NCBI GenBank assembly: GCA_045637165.1
Contig: JAZTYU010000025.1
Span: 5,565-69,564 of the forward strand
DNA: 64,000 nucleotides
Origin: Candidatus Enterousia sp.
Lineage (GTDB): Bacteria; Pseudomonadota; Alphaproteobacteria; Rs-D84
Direction of reading: 5' to 3'
Of this stretch, positions 55,302 through 64,000 are shown piece by piece. Under the pieces are notes generated by a model. The model saw nothing but the letters and a program-made list of their open reading frames with translations, did not search any database and was not told where the DNA came from. A program made the position numbers and the translations under genes. Each line of letters begins with the position of its first letter. Position 1 is the first letter of the stretch.

Positions 55302-55745
55302 TTATTTTGCTGCTGCGTCTGTGGTGGCGCTTTCCAATAATTTTTTTGCTAACTCTACCTTGGCAGTGTCAATTTTTTCAGTAATTTGTTCTTTGATTTC
55401 TGTGCCTGCGTCTGTGGCCTGGGCCTTGACATTTTCAGTCGCTGTGCCGGCAGTAGATGTAATCTGTTCCGTTAGTGCGGTGATTTCTGGACTGTTTTCA
55501 GAAACTGCCTTTTTTACATAATCAACGCATTTTTGTGAAACTGTTTTTACGTTATCTGTCAAACATTCAACCAATGTTTTCTGACCTATGATTATTTCAG
55601 GACAAACAGATGTAATTTCGTCGATGTTGCATGCCTGGGACAATGTCTGGGGTTCGGATTCCTTCTTGAACAAATCAGAAAACCAGCCAGCATTTGCCGC
55701 AGTTGTTGTAAAACAAATTAAACCCAGAATAAATATACGTTTCAT
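55302..55745 (-). CDS. Small secreted protein with one cysteine-rich repeat and T/E/A/K-rich helical tail
   Basis: ATG 55745 (MKRIFILGLICFTTTAANA signal). C-x8-C-x12-C-x11-C (CNIDEITSVCPEIIIGQKTLVECLTDNVKTVSQKC) resembles the bacterial 'cysteine rich repeat' pattern C..D....C......G.....CL.......S..C. Confidence 0.6.
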   Translation of the reverse strand: MKRIFILGLICFTTTAANAGWFSDLFKKESEPQTLSQACNIDEITSVCPEIIIGQKTLVECLTDNVKTVSQKCVDYVKKAVSENSPEITALTEQITSTAGTATENVKAQATDAGTEIKEQITEKIDTAKVELAKKLLESATTDAAAK

Positions 55746-55811
55746 TATTTTCCCCTTTTGGTTGCTAGTCGTCCAAATAATAGGATTATTATCCGCCAGG
55801 GTCAAGTAAGT

Positions 55812-57881
55812 TTATCCAATCACTGATATATATTCACGTGCAACCTTTTTTATCCCACGTGTCTTGAACGCAATGGTCAATATTGCACCAGCATCTTCGA
55901 TAACAACACCACTGCCCAGTTCCTGATGAGCAACCAATTTGCCCAGCAAGGATGCAGGTCGTGATATCTTGTCCCTGGGCTGGGGACGTGGCTGAGGGTT
56001 ATAGGTATGTGTTGAATATGAAGAGGTTGCACCACCTTGGAAATCAAGATAGCGATTATCCATTTCAGATATAAAGCGACTGGGGGCATTATACTGGCGA
56101 GAACCATAGACAATGCGCATCATCGAATTTGATATAACACAACGACGACGGGCCCGGGTTATCGCAACATAAGCAAGGCGACGCTCTTCTTCGATTGCAC
56201 CTTCGTTTATGGCCTTGTCGTTGGGAAAGACAGCCTCTTCCCAGGCAGGCAAAAACACAGTGTCAAATTCCAACCCCTTGGCGGCGTGAATTGTCATTAT
56301 ACTGACCGTGTTGGTGTTTGCAGGGTTGTCTGTCGCATCGTTATCATCGGTCATCATTAGGGCCGCTTGCTCGATAAACTCAGGCAAGGTTTCGTATTTT
56401 GCAATCACCGTCGAAATCAATTCATTGATGTTTGATATACGCTCTTTGGCATCAGAATCCTTGGATTCTGACCACATCTTCATATAGCCTGTGCGTTCTA
56501 ACAGTGTTTGTGCAGCCTGTTTTGGCGGCATCGAATACCACGGAAAATCAAATGCAGATAAAAATTCATCAGCGGCTGCACGCAACTTTGGTGCAAATTC
56601 ACAATGACGCATCCCTGCCATCAGGTTTGTTCCAGCGGCACGCAAACGTTCAATTGCCTTGTCCCCAAAACCACGACGGGGTTTACCAATAACACGCAAA
56701 AACGATATATCGTCAAACGGATAAACCAGTAAACGCAAATACGCAATCACATCACGAATTTCCATACGGTCATAGAACTTGGTCGCACCAATCAATCGAT
56801 ATGGAATTCCACGTGATGCAAATTCTTCTTCGAATATACGAGACAAGCCACCCGCACGAATAAGTAATGCAAATTTTGAAAAATCATTCGTGCCATCTCG
56901 CAATATTGCATCTGCGATAATTCGTGCCTCGTCCCGGTCGGTTGGCAATGTCAAAACATAAACAGGCTCGCCCATTGATGCAGAATCCATTGCACGTAAA
57001 TCTTTGCCCAAACGCCCCTGGTTATGACGTATCAAGGAATTGGCAGCCTGTAAAATATTCGAAGTGCTGCGATAATTTGTTTCAAGACGAATTATCTGGG
57101 CATTTGGAAACGTTTTATCAAAATTTAAAATATGTTTTATTTCAGCCCCACGCCAGGAATAAATAGACTGGTCATCATCACCAACACAACATATATTCGG
57201 ATTTTCAAGACCACGGGTCAACATTGTTAAAAATTCCATTTGGGCGTTATTTGTGTCTTGGAATTCATCAACCAGAATATATTTGAACTGATTTTGATAT
57301 CGCATCAAGACATCTGGATTTTTATCAAATAAATCCAGAACTCGCAAAATAATATCACCAAAATCAACCGCATTCAGACGTGCAAGTTCAGCATTATATG
57401 CGTTAAATAATTTGTCCTTGTGCTGATAAGCAATTATCCCCCTGTCCTTTATCGACGAAAACTCTTCGATATATTCAGCAGGTGTTTTTGTTGATGATGA
57501 TAACAATGATTTTATAACTGTTTTTTGTTCATCTTCGCCATAAATAATGAAATCACGATTTAGACCTGCACGCTGGGCATTGGCACGCAAAATTCGCAGA
57601 CAAATCGAATGAAATGTCCCACACCAAATATCGCCAGAATACCAATCGCCATTTGAAAATTCACCCAGACGATTTTTCATTTCGTTGGCTGCCTTGTTCG
57701 TAAAGGTCAAGGCTAAAACCTGCCACGGTTGGGCCAGGTGCAAATTCAAAATATGTGCAATTCTAGTCGTTAAAACACGTGTTTTGCCAGTGCCTGCACC
57801 AGACAACACCAACAATGGTCCATCGGTTGTTTCAACTGCCAGACGCTGTTCGTTGTTAAGATTTTGTAGCATTAAATTCAT
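55812..57881 (-). CDS. uvrD: ATP-dependent DNA helicase, UvrD/Rep/PcrA family
   Basis: LNNEQRLAVETTDGPLLVLSGAGTGKT (motif I), ILVDEFQDTN and YRST motifs. ATG 57881; the track start 58106 runs across the dnaQ start and is spurious. Confidence 0.93.
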   Translation of the reverse strand: MNLMLQNLNNEQRLAVETTDGPLLVLSGAGTGKTRVLTTRIAHILNLHLAQPWQVLALTFTNKAANEMKNRLGEFSNGDWYSGDIWCGTFHSICLRILRANAQRAGLNRDFIIYGEDEQKTVIKSLLSSSTKTPAEYIEEFSSIKDRGIIAYQHKDKLFNAYNAELARLNAVDFGDIILRVLDLFDKNPDVLMRYQNQFKYILVDEFQDTNNAQMEFLTMLTRGLENPNICCVGDDDQSIYSWRGAEIKHILNFDKTFPNAQIIRLETNYRSTSNILQAANSLIRHNQGRLGKDLRAMDSASMGEPVYVLTLPTDRDEARIIADAILRDGTNDFSKFALLIRAGGLSRIFEEEFASRGIPYRLIGATKFYDRMEIRDVIAYLRLLVYPFDDISFLRVIGKPRRGFGDKAIERLRAAGTNLMAGMRHCEFAPKLRAAADEFLSAFDFPWYSMPPKQAAQTLLERTGYMKMWSESKDSDAKERISNINELISTVIAKYETLPEFIEQAALMMTDDNDATDNPANTNTVSIMTIHAAKGLEFDTVFLPAWEEAVFPNDKAINEGAIEEERRLAYVAITRARRRCVISNSMMRIVYGSRQYNAPSRFISEMDNRYLDFQGGATSSYSTHTYNPQPRPQPRDKISRPASLLGKLVAHQELGSGVVIEDAGAILTIAFKTRGIKKVAREYISVIG

Positions 57882-57929
57882 CGTTCCATTATAATACCCC
57901 AGACAATTATTATCAAGGACAGGATTATT

Positions 57930-58607
57930 ATGAAACGGGTTATTTGCTTTGACATTGAAACAACAGGGCTGGAATATATGCGTGGCGACCGATGCATTGA
58001 AATCGGGGCGGTAGAAATTCTTGATGGAAAAATTACAGATAATTCTTTTCATGAATACATAAACCCAGATGGAAAAATTATTCCACCTGATTCGTATATG
58101 GTTCATAAAATTTCAAATGCGTTTCTGGAAGACAAACCAAAATTTGCAGAGATTGCACAAAAATTCTTGGACTATATCGGTGACAGCCCAATTGTTGCAC
58201 ACAATGGATTTGATTTTGACTTTCCTTTTATAAACTTTGAACTGTCAAAATTAAACCTGCCACCGATTCCACGAGAACAACAAATGGATTCTATTGTTAT
58301 TGCCAGAAATCGTGTGTTTGGCCCGAAAAGCTATACGTTGGACGCATTGGCAAAATGGTATGGGATATCACTGGCGGCACGTGCTGATGCACACGGGGCA
58401 TTGATTGACTCGGAATTGCTGGCCAAGGTGTTTTTAGAACTGGACAACGAAGCACCCGCACCAGATGTCAATGAAATCATTGCCAAGCAACATGCCGCTA
58501 TGTTGGCACACCCAAAAATAGGTCAAGATTTCCCATACAGAAAGTATGAACCCAAACCAGAAGATTTTGAAAATCATAAAAAGTTTATGGAAGAAATTAC
58601 CAAGTAA
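57930..58607 (+). CDS. dnaQ: DNA polymerase III subunit epsilon (3'-5' exonuclease)
   Basis: 225 aa. ExoI FDIETTGL, ExoII VAHNGFDFDFPFI, ExoIII HGALIDSELLAKVF. Confidence 0.93.
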   Translation: MKRVICFDIETTGLEYMRGDRCIEIGAVEILDGKITDNSFHEYINPDGKIIPPDSYMVHKISNAFLEDKPKFAEIAQKFLDYIGDSPIVAHNGFDFDFPFINFELSKLNLPPIPREQQMDSIVIARNRVFGPKSYTLDALAKWYGISLAARADAHGALIDSELLAKVFLELDNEAPAPDVNEIIAKQHAAMLAHPKIGQDFPYRKYEPKPEDFENHKKFMEEITK

Positions 58608-58608
58608 A

Positions 58609-58636
58609 AAAATCCCCACGTTTGTGGGGAATTTTT
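58609..58636. terminator. Bidirectional hairpin terminator
   Basis: TCCCCAC-gttt-GTGGGGA flanked by A7 and T-rich runs. Confidence 0.7.
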
Positions 58637-59678
58637 ATTTTGTTATCTGGTCCGCTATTAAATGAACAGCATTGTTTGGAACAAGTGCCTTGCTGGCCAT
58701 TTTTTCCAGACGTGATGGATTATCAAACAAATCGGTCAAGGTTGATGACAACCAACGTTCTGTAAACTTGGACTGTTCAATCGCAAACCCACCACCGTTT
58801 TTTGCAAAACTTGCCGCATTGGCAGCCTGGTCAGGATTGATATTTAGCGGAACAAGTATCGCAGGACGACCAATCGTCTGCAATTCTACAACTGTGCTGG
58901 CACCACTGCGACCAATTACCAGGTCAGAGCCTGAAATCGCACCTGCCATATCGTGGATAAACGACAGAACATTTGCGTGAATTTTATTGTCTGCATAAAT
59001 CTTTTGCAAACGTTCTACATTTTCAGGACGGGTTTGGTGCGTGATGAATATCTTTTTGTTTTTCATTGCAATGATTGCGTTCGGAACAACTTCGTCCAGA
59101 ATTTGTGCCCCAAGCGAACCACCTGTGACCAAAATTTTTGACGCATTTGGCAGTGGTGTTCCTGCGGCCTCGATAAAATCACGACGAACTGGCAGACCCG
59201 TATAAACAACATCTGTGCCAGAATTTGGAATTCCAGAAACATTTGGGAAACTGGTCATCAATGTTTTTACCCAGCGCATAGCAAATTTATTCGCACGGCC
59301 AATGGCGGCATTTTGCTCGTGCAAAAAGGTCGGAATATGCAATAAATGTGCTGCAAAAACAGCAGGCACTGACGCATAACCACCAAATGCCACAACACGG
59401 TCTGGGCGTGATAAAAGAAATCGCAACGTTAGGGCAGATGCGGATACACCTATCTTGGTCAATGCCCAGATTTGTTTCAGGCGACTTTTTGCACCAACCC
59501 CAGACGCCCAAACAAATGAAAAACGTGCCCCACGTGGTGCACCACGACGGACCATTGCACGAACACGACCGTCATGCGAAATAGTTATACGATGACCACG
59601 GGACGATAATTCTTCGGCAACACTTAGTGCTGGATAAACATGCCCACCTGTGCCACCTGTTGCAATCCATATCTTCAT
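58635..59678 (-). CDS. murG: Undecaprenyl-PP-MurNAc-pentapeptide GlcNAc transferase MurG
   Basis: MKIWIATGGTGGHVYPALSVAEEL start at ATG 59678. GT28 family pattern. Confidence 0.93.
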   Translation of the reverse strand: MKIWIATGGTGGHVYPALSVAEELSSRGHRITISHDGRVRAMVRRGAPRGARFSFVWASGVGAKSRLKQIWALTKIGVSASALTLRFLLSRPDRVVAFGGYASVPAVFAAHLLHIPTFLHEQNAAIGRANKFAMRWVKTLMTSFPNVSGIPNSGTDVVYTGLPVRRDFIEAAGTPLPNASKILVTGGSLGAQILDEVVPNAIIAMKNKKIFITHQTRPENVERLQKIYADNKIHANVLSFIHDMAGAISGSDLVIGRSGASTVVELQTIGRPAILVPLNINPDQAANAASFAKNGGGFAIEQSKFTERWLSSTLTDLFDNPSRLEKMASKALVPNNAVHLIADQITK

Positions 59679-59697
59679 AACACACCCCTTTTTTGTT

Positions 59698-60849
59698 TCA
59701 TTTCCACTTATCTTCACGGACAAGTGCCAATATCATTCCAAACAGCAAACAATATGCCAACAGCGAACTGCCCCCGTATGAGATAAATGGCAGCGTCATA
59801 CCCTTTGGGGCAAACATTTTTAGTGTTGTTAGCATATTAAAGCATATTTGTGTTCCAAACAATGCCGCTGTGCCACCTGTTGCGTAAAGAACAAACAAAT
59901 CACGAGAACGGGTCGCATTTGTTATCAAACGACGAAAAACAAAGAACAACAAAACCAATAAACCACACGCAAGGATTACTCCTAAATCTTCGGCAATGGC
60001 GGCAAAGATAAAGTCTGTATGAACGTCAGGCAAATATTGCTTTACAAACGCATCATCACCAGAGCCAAGCAATCCACCATGACGAATTGAATCAATCGAA
60101 TTATCCACCTGGTATGTATCGCCCTGACCAGAAAAGAATGCATCAAGACGACGATGAACGTGGCCCAATGTATAATAACCAACCGTCAACATCAACAGTC
60201 CTACACCACCGAACGCAGGAATCAAAATCAATGGCAGACCTGCGATAAATACCATTGCAGAAAACACCAGCAAATACAGCACCGCAGTCCCAAGGTCTGG
60301 GTGGTTAAATATTATAAACACAACCAGTGCAAACAGTCCCAGGTAGTACGACCAACTGAACAATGTATCAAAACGCCAGGCTTCTTTGTTAAAGAATATA
60401 TTGCTGCCATAGCGTTCTTTCATCTTGGCCAAGAAATATGCAGTCAGAATAATAAAACCAGGTTTCATAATATCCGCAGGCATAATGTTAAAAGGCCCCA
60501 AATCTACAAATCGGGCAGAATTATTGATAATATGTGGTGCAACAACCGTCAATGGCAACAGTGCCAACCCAAACAACAAATTAGCCGCCGATATACGCAA
60601 AACCCATTTCTTGTTCAGAAAACTGGCCCCAAATAAAAAGACCAACCCCAGGCAATAAAATGGAATCGCCTTGACCAGATAAAAATACCAAGATTGACCA
60701 ATACGTTCGGCTGCAACAGAGCCAGCCGAAACCACAAAGATTGCAGACAATGCAATCATCAACAAAACACACCCCAGCAGGCGGCGGTCTATTTCAAAAT
60801 ACCAACTGGTTAGTTTACTGTCTTCACTGCGTGTTATAAATTTAGACAT
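59698..60849 (-). CDS. ftsW: SEDS-family peptidoglycan polymerase FtsW
   Basis: 383 aa, about 10 TM. GLPLILIPAFGG, FIFAAIAEDLG and LPFISYGGSS motifs. dcw context. Confidence 0.9.
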   Translation of the reverse strand: MSKFITRSEDSKLTSWYFEIDRRLLGCVLLMIALSAIFVVSAGSVAAERIGQSWYFYLVKAIPFYCLGLVFLFGASFLNKKWVLRISAANLLFGLALLPLTVVAPHIINNSARFVDLGPFNIMPADIMKPGFIILTAYFLAKMKERYGSNIFFNKEAWRFDTLFSWSYYLGLFALVVFIIFNHPDLGTAVLYLLVFSAMVFIAGLPLILIPAFGGVGLLMLTVGYYTLGHVHRRLDAFFSGQGDTYQVDNSIDSIRHGGLLGSGDDAFVKQYLPDVHTDFIFAAIAEDLGVILACGLLVLLFFVFRRLITNATRSRDLFVLYATGGTAALFGTQICFNMLTTLKMFAPKGMTLPFISYGGSSLLAYCLLFGMILALVREDKWK

Positions 60850-60865
60850 GTCTTTCTTTTTTACC

Positions 60866-61954
60866 TTATGCGAATTTCAACAAAACCAACGCCAAGCCAG
60901 AGAACAATATTGACAACACAAAAAAGCGTTCAACAATCTTGGTTTCTGGCCAGCCTAATTCTTCGAAATGATGGTGCAATGGTGCACGCAAAAATACACG
61001 ACGACCTGTGCCGCTGATTTTACGGGTAATCTTGAAGAACATTGTCTGGATAAATGATGACAGCAAAATCAAAACCATCATTCCAGCAGCAATACCCATT
61101 ATCAATTCTGATTTTAACAGCATTGCAACTGTTCCGATAAATCCGCCCAATGCCAGCGAGCCAACATCGCCCATAAATATTGACGCAGGCTTGGCATTAA
61201 ACCACAAGAATCCCAAGATTGCACCAAATGCCGCACCCAGGACAGCATACAGACCACTGGCCATTGGCAAGAACATCACCGTATCCATAAATCCAATACG
61301 TGTCGCCCCATACAGTGCAACAACCAAAACAACCAAAACAGGCAACAAAACCTTGGCCAGCATACCGTCCAGACCATCGGTAATGTTGGTGGCGTTGGCA
61401 CTGCCACAAATTACAAAATATGCAAATATATAATACAAAAGTCCCAGCGGCAAAATTATTCCCGCCCCGATTGCCAATGAATATTCAGGAATATATGGTG
61501 GCATTGTTTTATTTATAAAATACGCCAGAATAACGACAAAAACACCTTCGACAATCAGACGTGTCAAAGGCGACAAACCATTTGACGCCTTGACCGATTG
61601 AGACGAAACTTTTTTATAATCATCAATAAATCCAAGCCCACCAAACATTAACAAAGCAGCCAGTGCAATCCAGCCTGTGGGATTATGAATTGGCATAAAC
61701 AGTAAACTTGCAACAACAATTGACGCAACAACCAAGATTCCACCCATCGTTGGCGTGCCGGCCTTTTTCAAATGGGCTGTTGGGACATTTTCACTGATTG
61801 GTTGCCCCTTTTTCTGAACAGATATCATCGCATTGATAAATGGACGACCAAAAATCAACATCAGTGCAAAAGCAACGAAAAAACCGCCCCCAAATTGTGT
61901 CCAGCCACTGGCAAAAAATGAATAACCTTGGTTTAGAAAATAGTCTGTCAGCAT
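60866..61954 (-). CDS. mraY: Phospho-N-acetylmuramoyl-pentapeptide transferase MraY
   Basis: 362 aa. KKAGTPTMGG, NATNITDGLDG, GDVGSLALGG and LHHHFE motifs. Confidence 0.96.
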   Translation of the reverse strand: MLTDYFLNQGYSFFASGWTQFGGGFFVAFALMLIFGRPFINAMISVQKKGQPISENVPTAHLKKAGTPTMGGILVVASIVVASLLFMPIHNPTGWIALAALLMFGGLGFIDDYKKVSSQSVKASNGLSPLTRLIVEGVFVVILAYFINKTMPPYIPEYSLAIGAGIILPLGLLYYIFAYFVICGSANATNITDGLDGMLAKVLLPVLVVLVVALYGATRIGFMDTVMFLPMASGLYAVLGAAFGAILGFLWFNAKPASIFMGDVGSLALGGFIGTVAMLLKSELIMGIAAGMMVLILLSSFIQTMFFKITRKISGTGRRVFLRAPLHHHFEELGWPETKIVERFFVLSILFSGLALVLLKFA

Positions 61955-62019
61955 AAAAAATCCTTTCCTTATGCTGACATTTTATCACAAAAGATTTGAT
62001 ATACAAATGGTATTATGAA

Positions 62020-64000
62020 TTAAAATACACCACCAACAACGGCACTGGATTGGGCAGACTTTTTTGATGGGGCAGGATTTGGCTTTTGACCTGATTTGAA
62101 TGCCTCTTGTATAATTACACCAGATGGGTCATCAATGGCAGATGCACCACTGCGACGATTGACCCGAATAAATGTCATACCATCAGGGACTGAAAACGGT
62201 TGATTCTTTTCGTTTGCCAGTGCAACCTTCATAAAATCTGCGAATACACGTGCCGCCATGTGCGAGCCGGCACCACGCCCCAAGGATTTTGGTGTATCAA
62301 ATCCCAGATACACACCCGCAATTAAATTTTTGGAAAAACCGATAAACCAAACGTCTTTGACATCGTTGGTCGTGCCTGTTTTGCCGGCAATTGTATGACC
62401 TGGGACCCGGGCCTGCTTGCCCGTGCCACGTTCAACCGCACCCTGCAAAATAGAAACCATTTGATATAAACTTTGTGGGTCTGACAATGGTTCTGATTCA
62501 ACAACTGTTTCAGGCGGCAACATTTCATCAGACCATTCGATGATTTCAGATGGTGTGCCGTCAATTACACGACCATAGCGGTCTTCGATATAATCAACCA
62601 GATGTGGTTGAACTGTGCGGCCACCGTTGACAAATGCAGAATACCCCAGAACTAATTTTTCCAATGTTGTTTCACCAGACCCCAACGCCATAGACAAATT
62701 CATATTACGCATATCTGATGGATAAACACCGAAACGCTGGGCAACGGCGATTGCGTTTTCTGTGCCAATCTGTTCAACCAAACGCACGGTCGGGACATTG
62801 CGTGATGTTTCCAGGGATAGACGCAACGGAATATCGCCCAAGAATTTCTTGTCATAGTTTTCAGGCTTCCACAATGTGTCATTTTCACGCCAGCCAACAA
62901 TCGGTGCGTCCAATATCATTGTCTGGGGGGTATAGCCTTGTTCCAACGCTGCCAGATATACAAATGGCTTTATCGTAGAGCCAATTTGACGATACGCCTG
63001 GGTTGCACGATTAAATGAACTTTCACGGAAAGAACGACCGCCTGCCATTGCAACAATTCGACCAGTGTGTGGATTCATTGCAATAATCGCACCTTGTAAT
63101 TTATCAGTGCGACCAGCATTATATGCGTCCAGTTCACGTGCCAGGGCCGCCGATGCAGCACGCTGAAATTCAGGAACAATGGTTGTTTTGATATACAATC
63201 CCTGGTTATACAAAGTTTCACGCCCCAGTGTTGATAACAACTGACGACGAACATCTTCGGCAAAGTATTGAAAGTCTTCTTCCATCTGGGCGGTAAAGCC
63301 ACTGTTGATATTTAATTCTTCGGCAGCTGCGGCGTCAGCCTGGGATTGCGTGATATAGCCTTCTTCGACCATGCGACGCAAGACGTAATTACGACGTTCA
63401 ACGGCACGACTGCGATTGTTTGGTGCCTTGGGCAAGGATGCCAGAAATGCACACTCTGACAATGTCAATTCAGATACGGGTTTATTAAAATACATCAAGG
63501 CAGCCGAACCAACACCGTATGCACGTGCCCCCAGGAATATCTGGTTCATATACAGCGTTAAAATATGCTGCTTGGAAAAACTGCGTTCCAGACGCAAGGC
63601 CAGTATGGCCTCTTTTATTTTTCTGGAAATAGTGCGTTCAGATGTTAAAAAGAAATTTTTCGCAACCTGTTGTGTGATTGTTGATGCACCAGACAACGTT
63701 GTATCACGCCCCATTGCACGCAATGCATTATTTGCCAAGGCACGTGTTATTCCCTGAATATCAATCCCGGGGTGTGTCCAGAAATTTTGGTCTTCGGCAG
63801 CAATGAACGCATTTACCAATTGGGCCGGCATATCCGCATAGTCGATAAAAACACGACGCTCTTCGGCGTATTCAATCAACAACGACCCGTCAGACGCATA
63901 AAGGCGTGTTGCAACCGGCGGTGCATAGGTCGCCAACTTTTTATAATCTGGCAAATCATTTCCATAAACCAAAACTAATGCCGCCAGCGATGCAATCCCC
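62020..64000 (-). CDS. mrcA: Class A penicillin-binding protein (PBP1A-like glycosyltransferase/transpeptidase), 5' end beyond window
   Basis: GT51 motifs (FIAAEDQNFWTHPGID, GASTITQQVAKN, RKIKEA) and transpeptidase motifs (STIKPF, SLN-like, KTGTT). The reading frame continues upstream of track start 63972 through a TM-like segment (GIASLAALVLVYG) to the window edge. Confidence 0.9.
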   Translation of the reverse strand, partial: GIASLAALVLVYGNDLPDYKKLATYAPPVATRLYASDGSLLIEYAEERRVFIDYADMPAQLVNAFIAAEDQNFWTHPGIDIQGITRALANNALRAMGRDTTLSGASTITQQVAKNFFLTSERTISRKIKEAILALRLERSFSKQHILTLYMNQIFLGARAYGVGSAALMYFNKPVSELTLSECAFLASLPKAPNNRSRAVERRNYVLRRMVEEGYITQSQADAAAAEELNINSGFTAQMEEDFQYFAEDVRRQLLSTLGRETLYNQGLYIKTTIVPEFQRAASAALARELDAYNAGRTDKLQGAIIAMNPHTGRIVAMAGGRSFRESSFNRATQAYRQIGSTIKPFVYLAALEQGYTPQTMILDAPIVGWRENDTLWKPENYDKKFLGDIPLRLSLETSRNVPTVRLVEQIGTENAIAVAQRFGVYPSDMRNMNLSMALGSGETTLEKLVLGYSAFVNGGRTVQPHLVDYIEDRYGRVIDGTPSEIIEWSDEMLPPETVVESEPLSDPQSLYQMVSILQGAVERGTGKQARVPGHTIAGKTGTTNDVKDVWFIGFSKNLIAGVYLGFDTPKSLGRGAGSHMAARVFADFMKVALANEKNQPFSVPDGMTFIRVNRRSGASAIDDPSGVIIQEAFKSGQKPNPAPSKKSAQSSAVVGGVF

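Noticed and set aside
54735-55340. 201-aa plus-strand ORF
   Set aside because: It is antisense to the N-terminal low-complexity region of the 758-aa secreted protein and runs through that gene's promoter and a terminator. It is a shadow ORF.
57882-58106. 75-codon N-terminal extension of the uvrD ORF (track start 58106)
   Set aside because: The extension overlaps the dnaQ coding start on the other strand and has no helicase similarity. Motif I follows shortly after the internal ATG at 57881. Similar upstream over-extensions were trimmed for gyrA (31707 to 31647), lpxD (48821 to ~48650), murG (59723 to 59678), the acrB-like gene, the suhB-like gene and the HD-domain gene.
1-64000. CRISPR arrays, rRNA genes, tmRNA/RNase P/SRP RNA, riboswitches
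   Set aside because: No regularly spaced direct repeats, no rRNA-like conserved blocks and no recognisable conserved ncRNA cores were seen in any intergenic region. Intergenic spaces are short and mostly occupied by terminators.

Overview
This 64 kb window looks like chromosomal DNA from a small-genome alphaproteobacterium. The GapR/DUF2312 gene supports that placement. Three features resemble obligate intracellular Rickettsiales/Holosporales-type lineages: a scattered type IV secretion system (T4SS), a short ValRS with no C-terminal coiled coil, and fragmented classical operons. About 85 percent of the window is tightly packed housekeeping genes: rplKA-nusG-secE-tRNATrp, yidC, lspA, rsmA, recR, pyk, pnp, gyrA, rpmH, valS, rpmE, fabZ-lpxD, nusA-infB, uvrD, dnaQ and a remodelled murG-ftsW-mraY-PBP1A block. 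Most transcription units end in very similar AAAAATCCCC-loop-GGGGATTTTT hairpin terminators. There are three tRNA genes (Trp-CCA, Gln-UUG, Glu-CUC). I saw no rRNA, CRISPR array, transposase or integrase. The accessory content falls into five groups. (1) An orphan virB8-virB9-virB10 module (2067-6753) has unusual domain additions: a C-terminal SPOR domain on VirB9, and on VirB10 an Ig-like module plus a long cysteine-rich C-terminal extension. It has no virB11 or virD4 downstream. (2) About 34 kb away, five mutually homologous polytopic membrane proteins form an array (40483-47093), one divergent and four translationally coupled. I interpret them as compact VirB6/TrbL-like paralogs that are not attached to virB3/virB4. 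A perfect 12-bp inverted repeat sits in their shared divergent promoter. This array is the most likely novel system in the window. (3) A 758-aa secreted protein with about 30 cysteines lies next to a small secreted cysteine-repeat protein. (4) A marR-tolC-adaptor-acrB efflux operon carries a very short 199-aa adaptor. (5) Several orphan membrane or coiled-coil proteins are flanked by tRNA genes. All functional calls rest on motif recognition by eye in the supplied translations. No database search was run.
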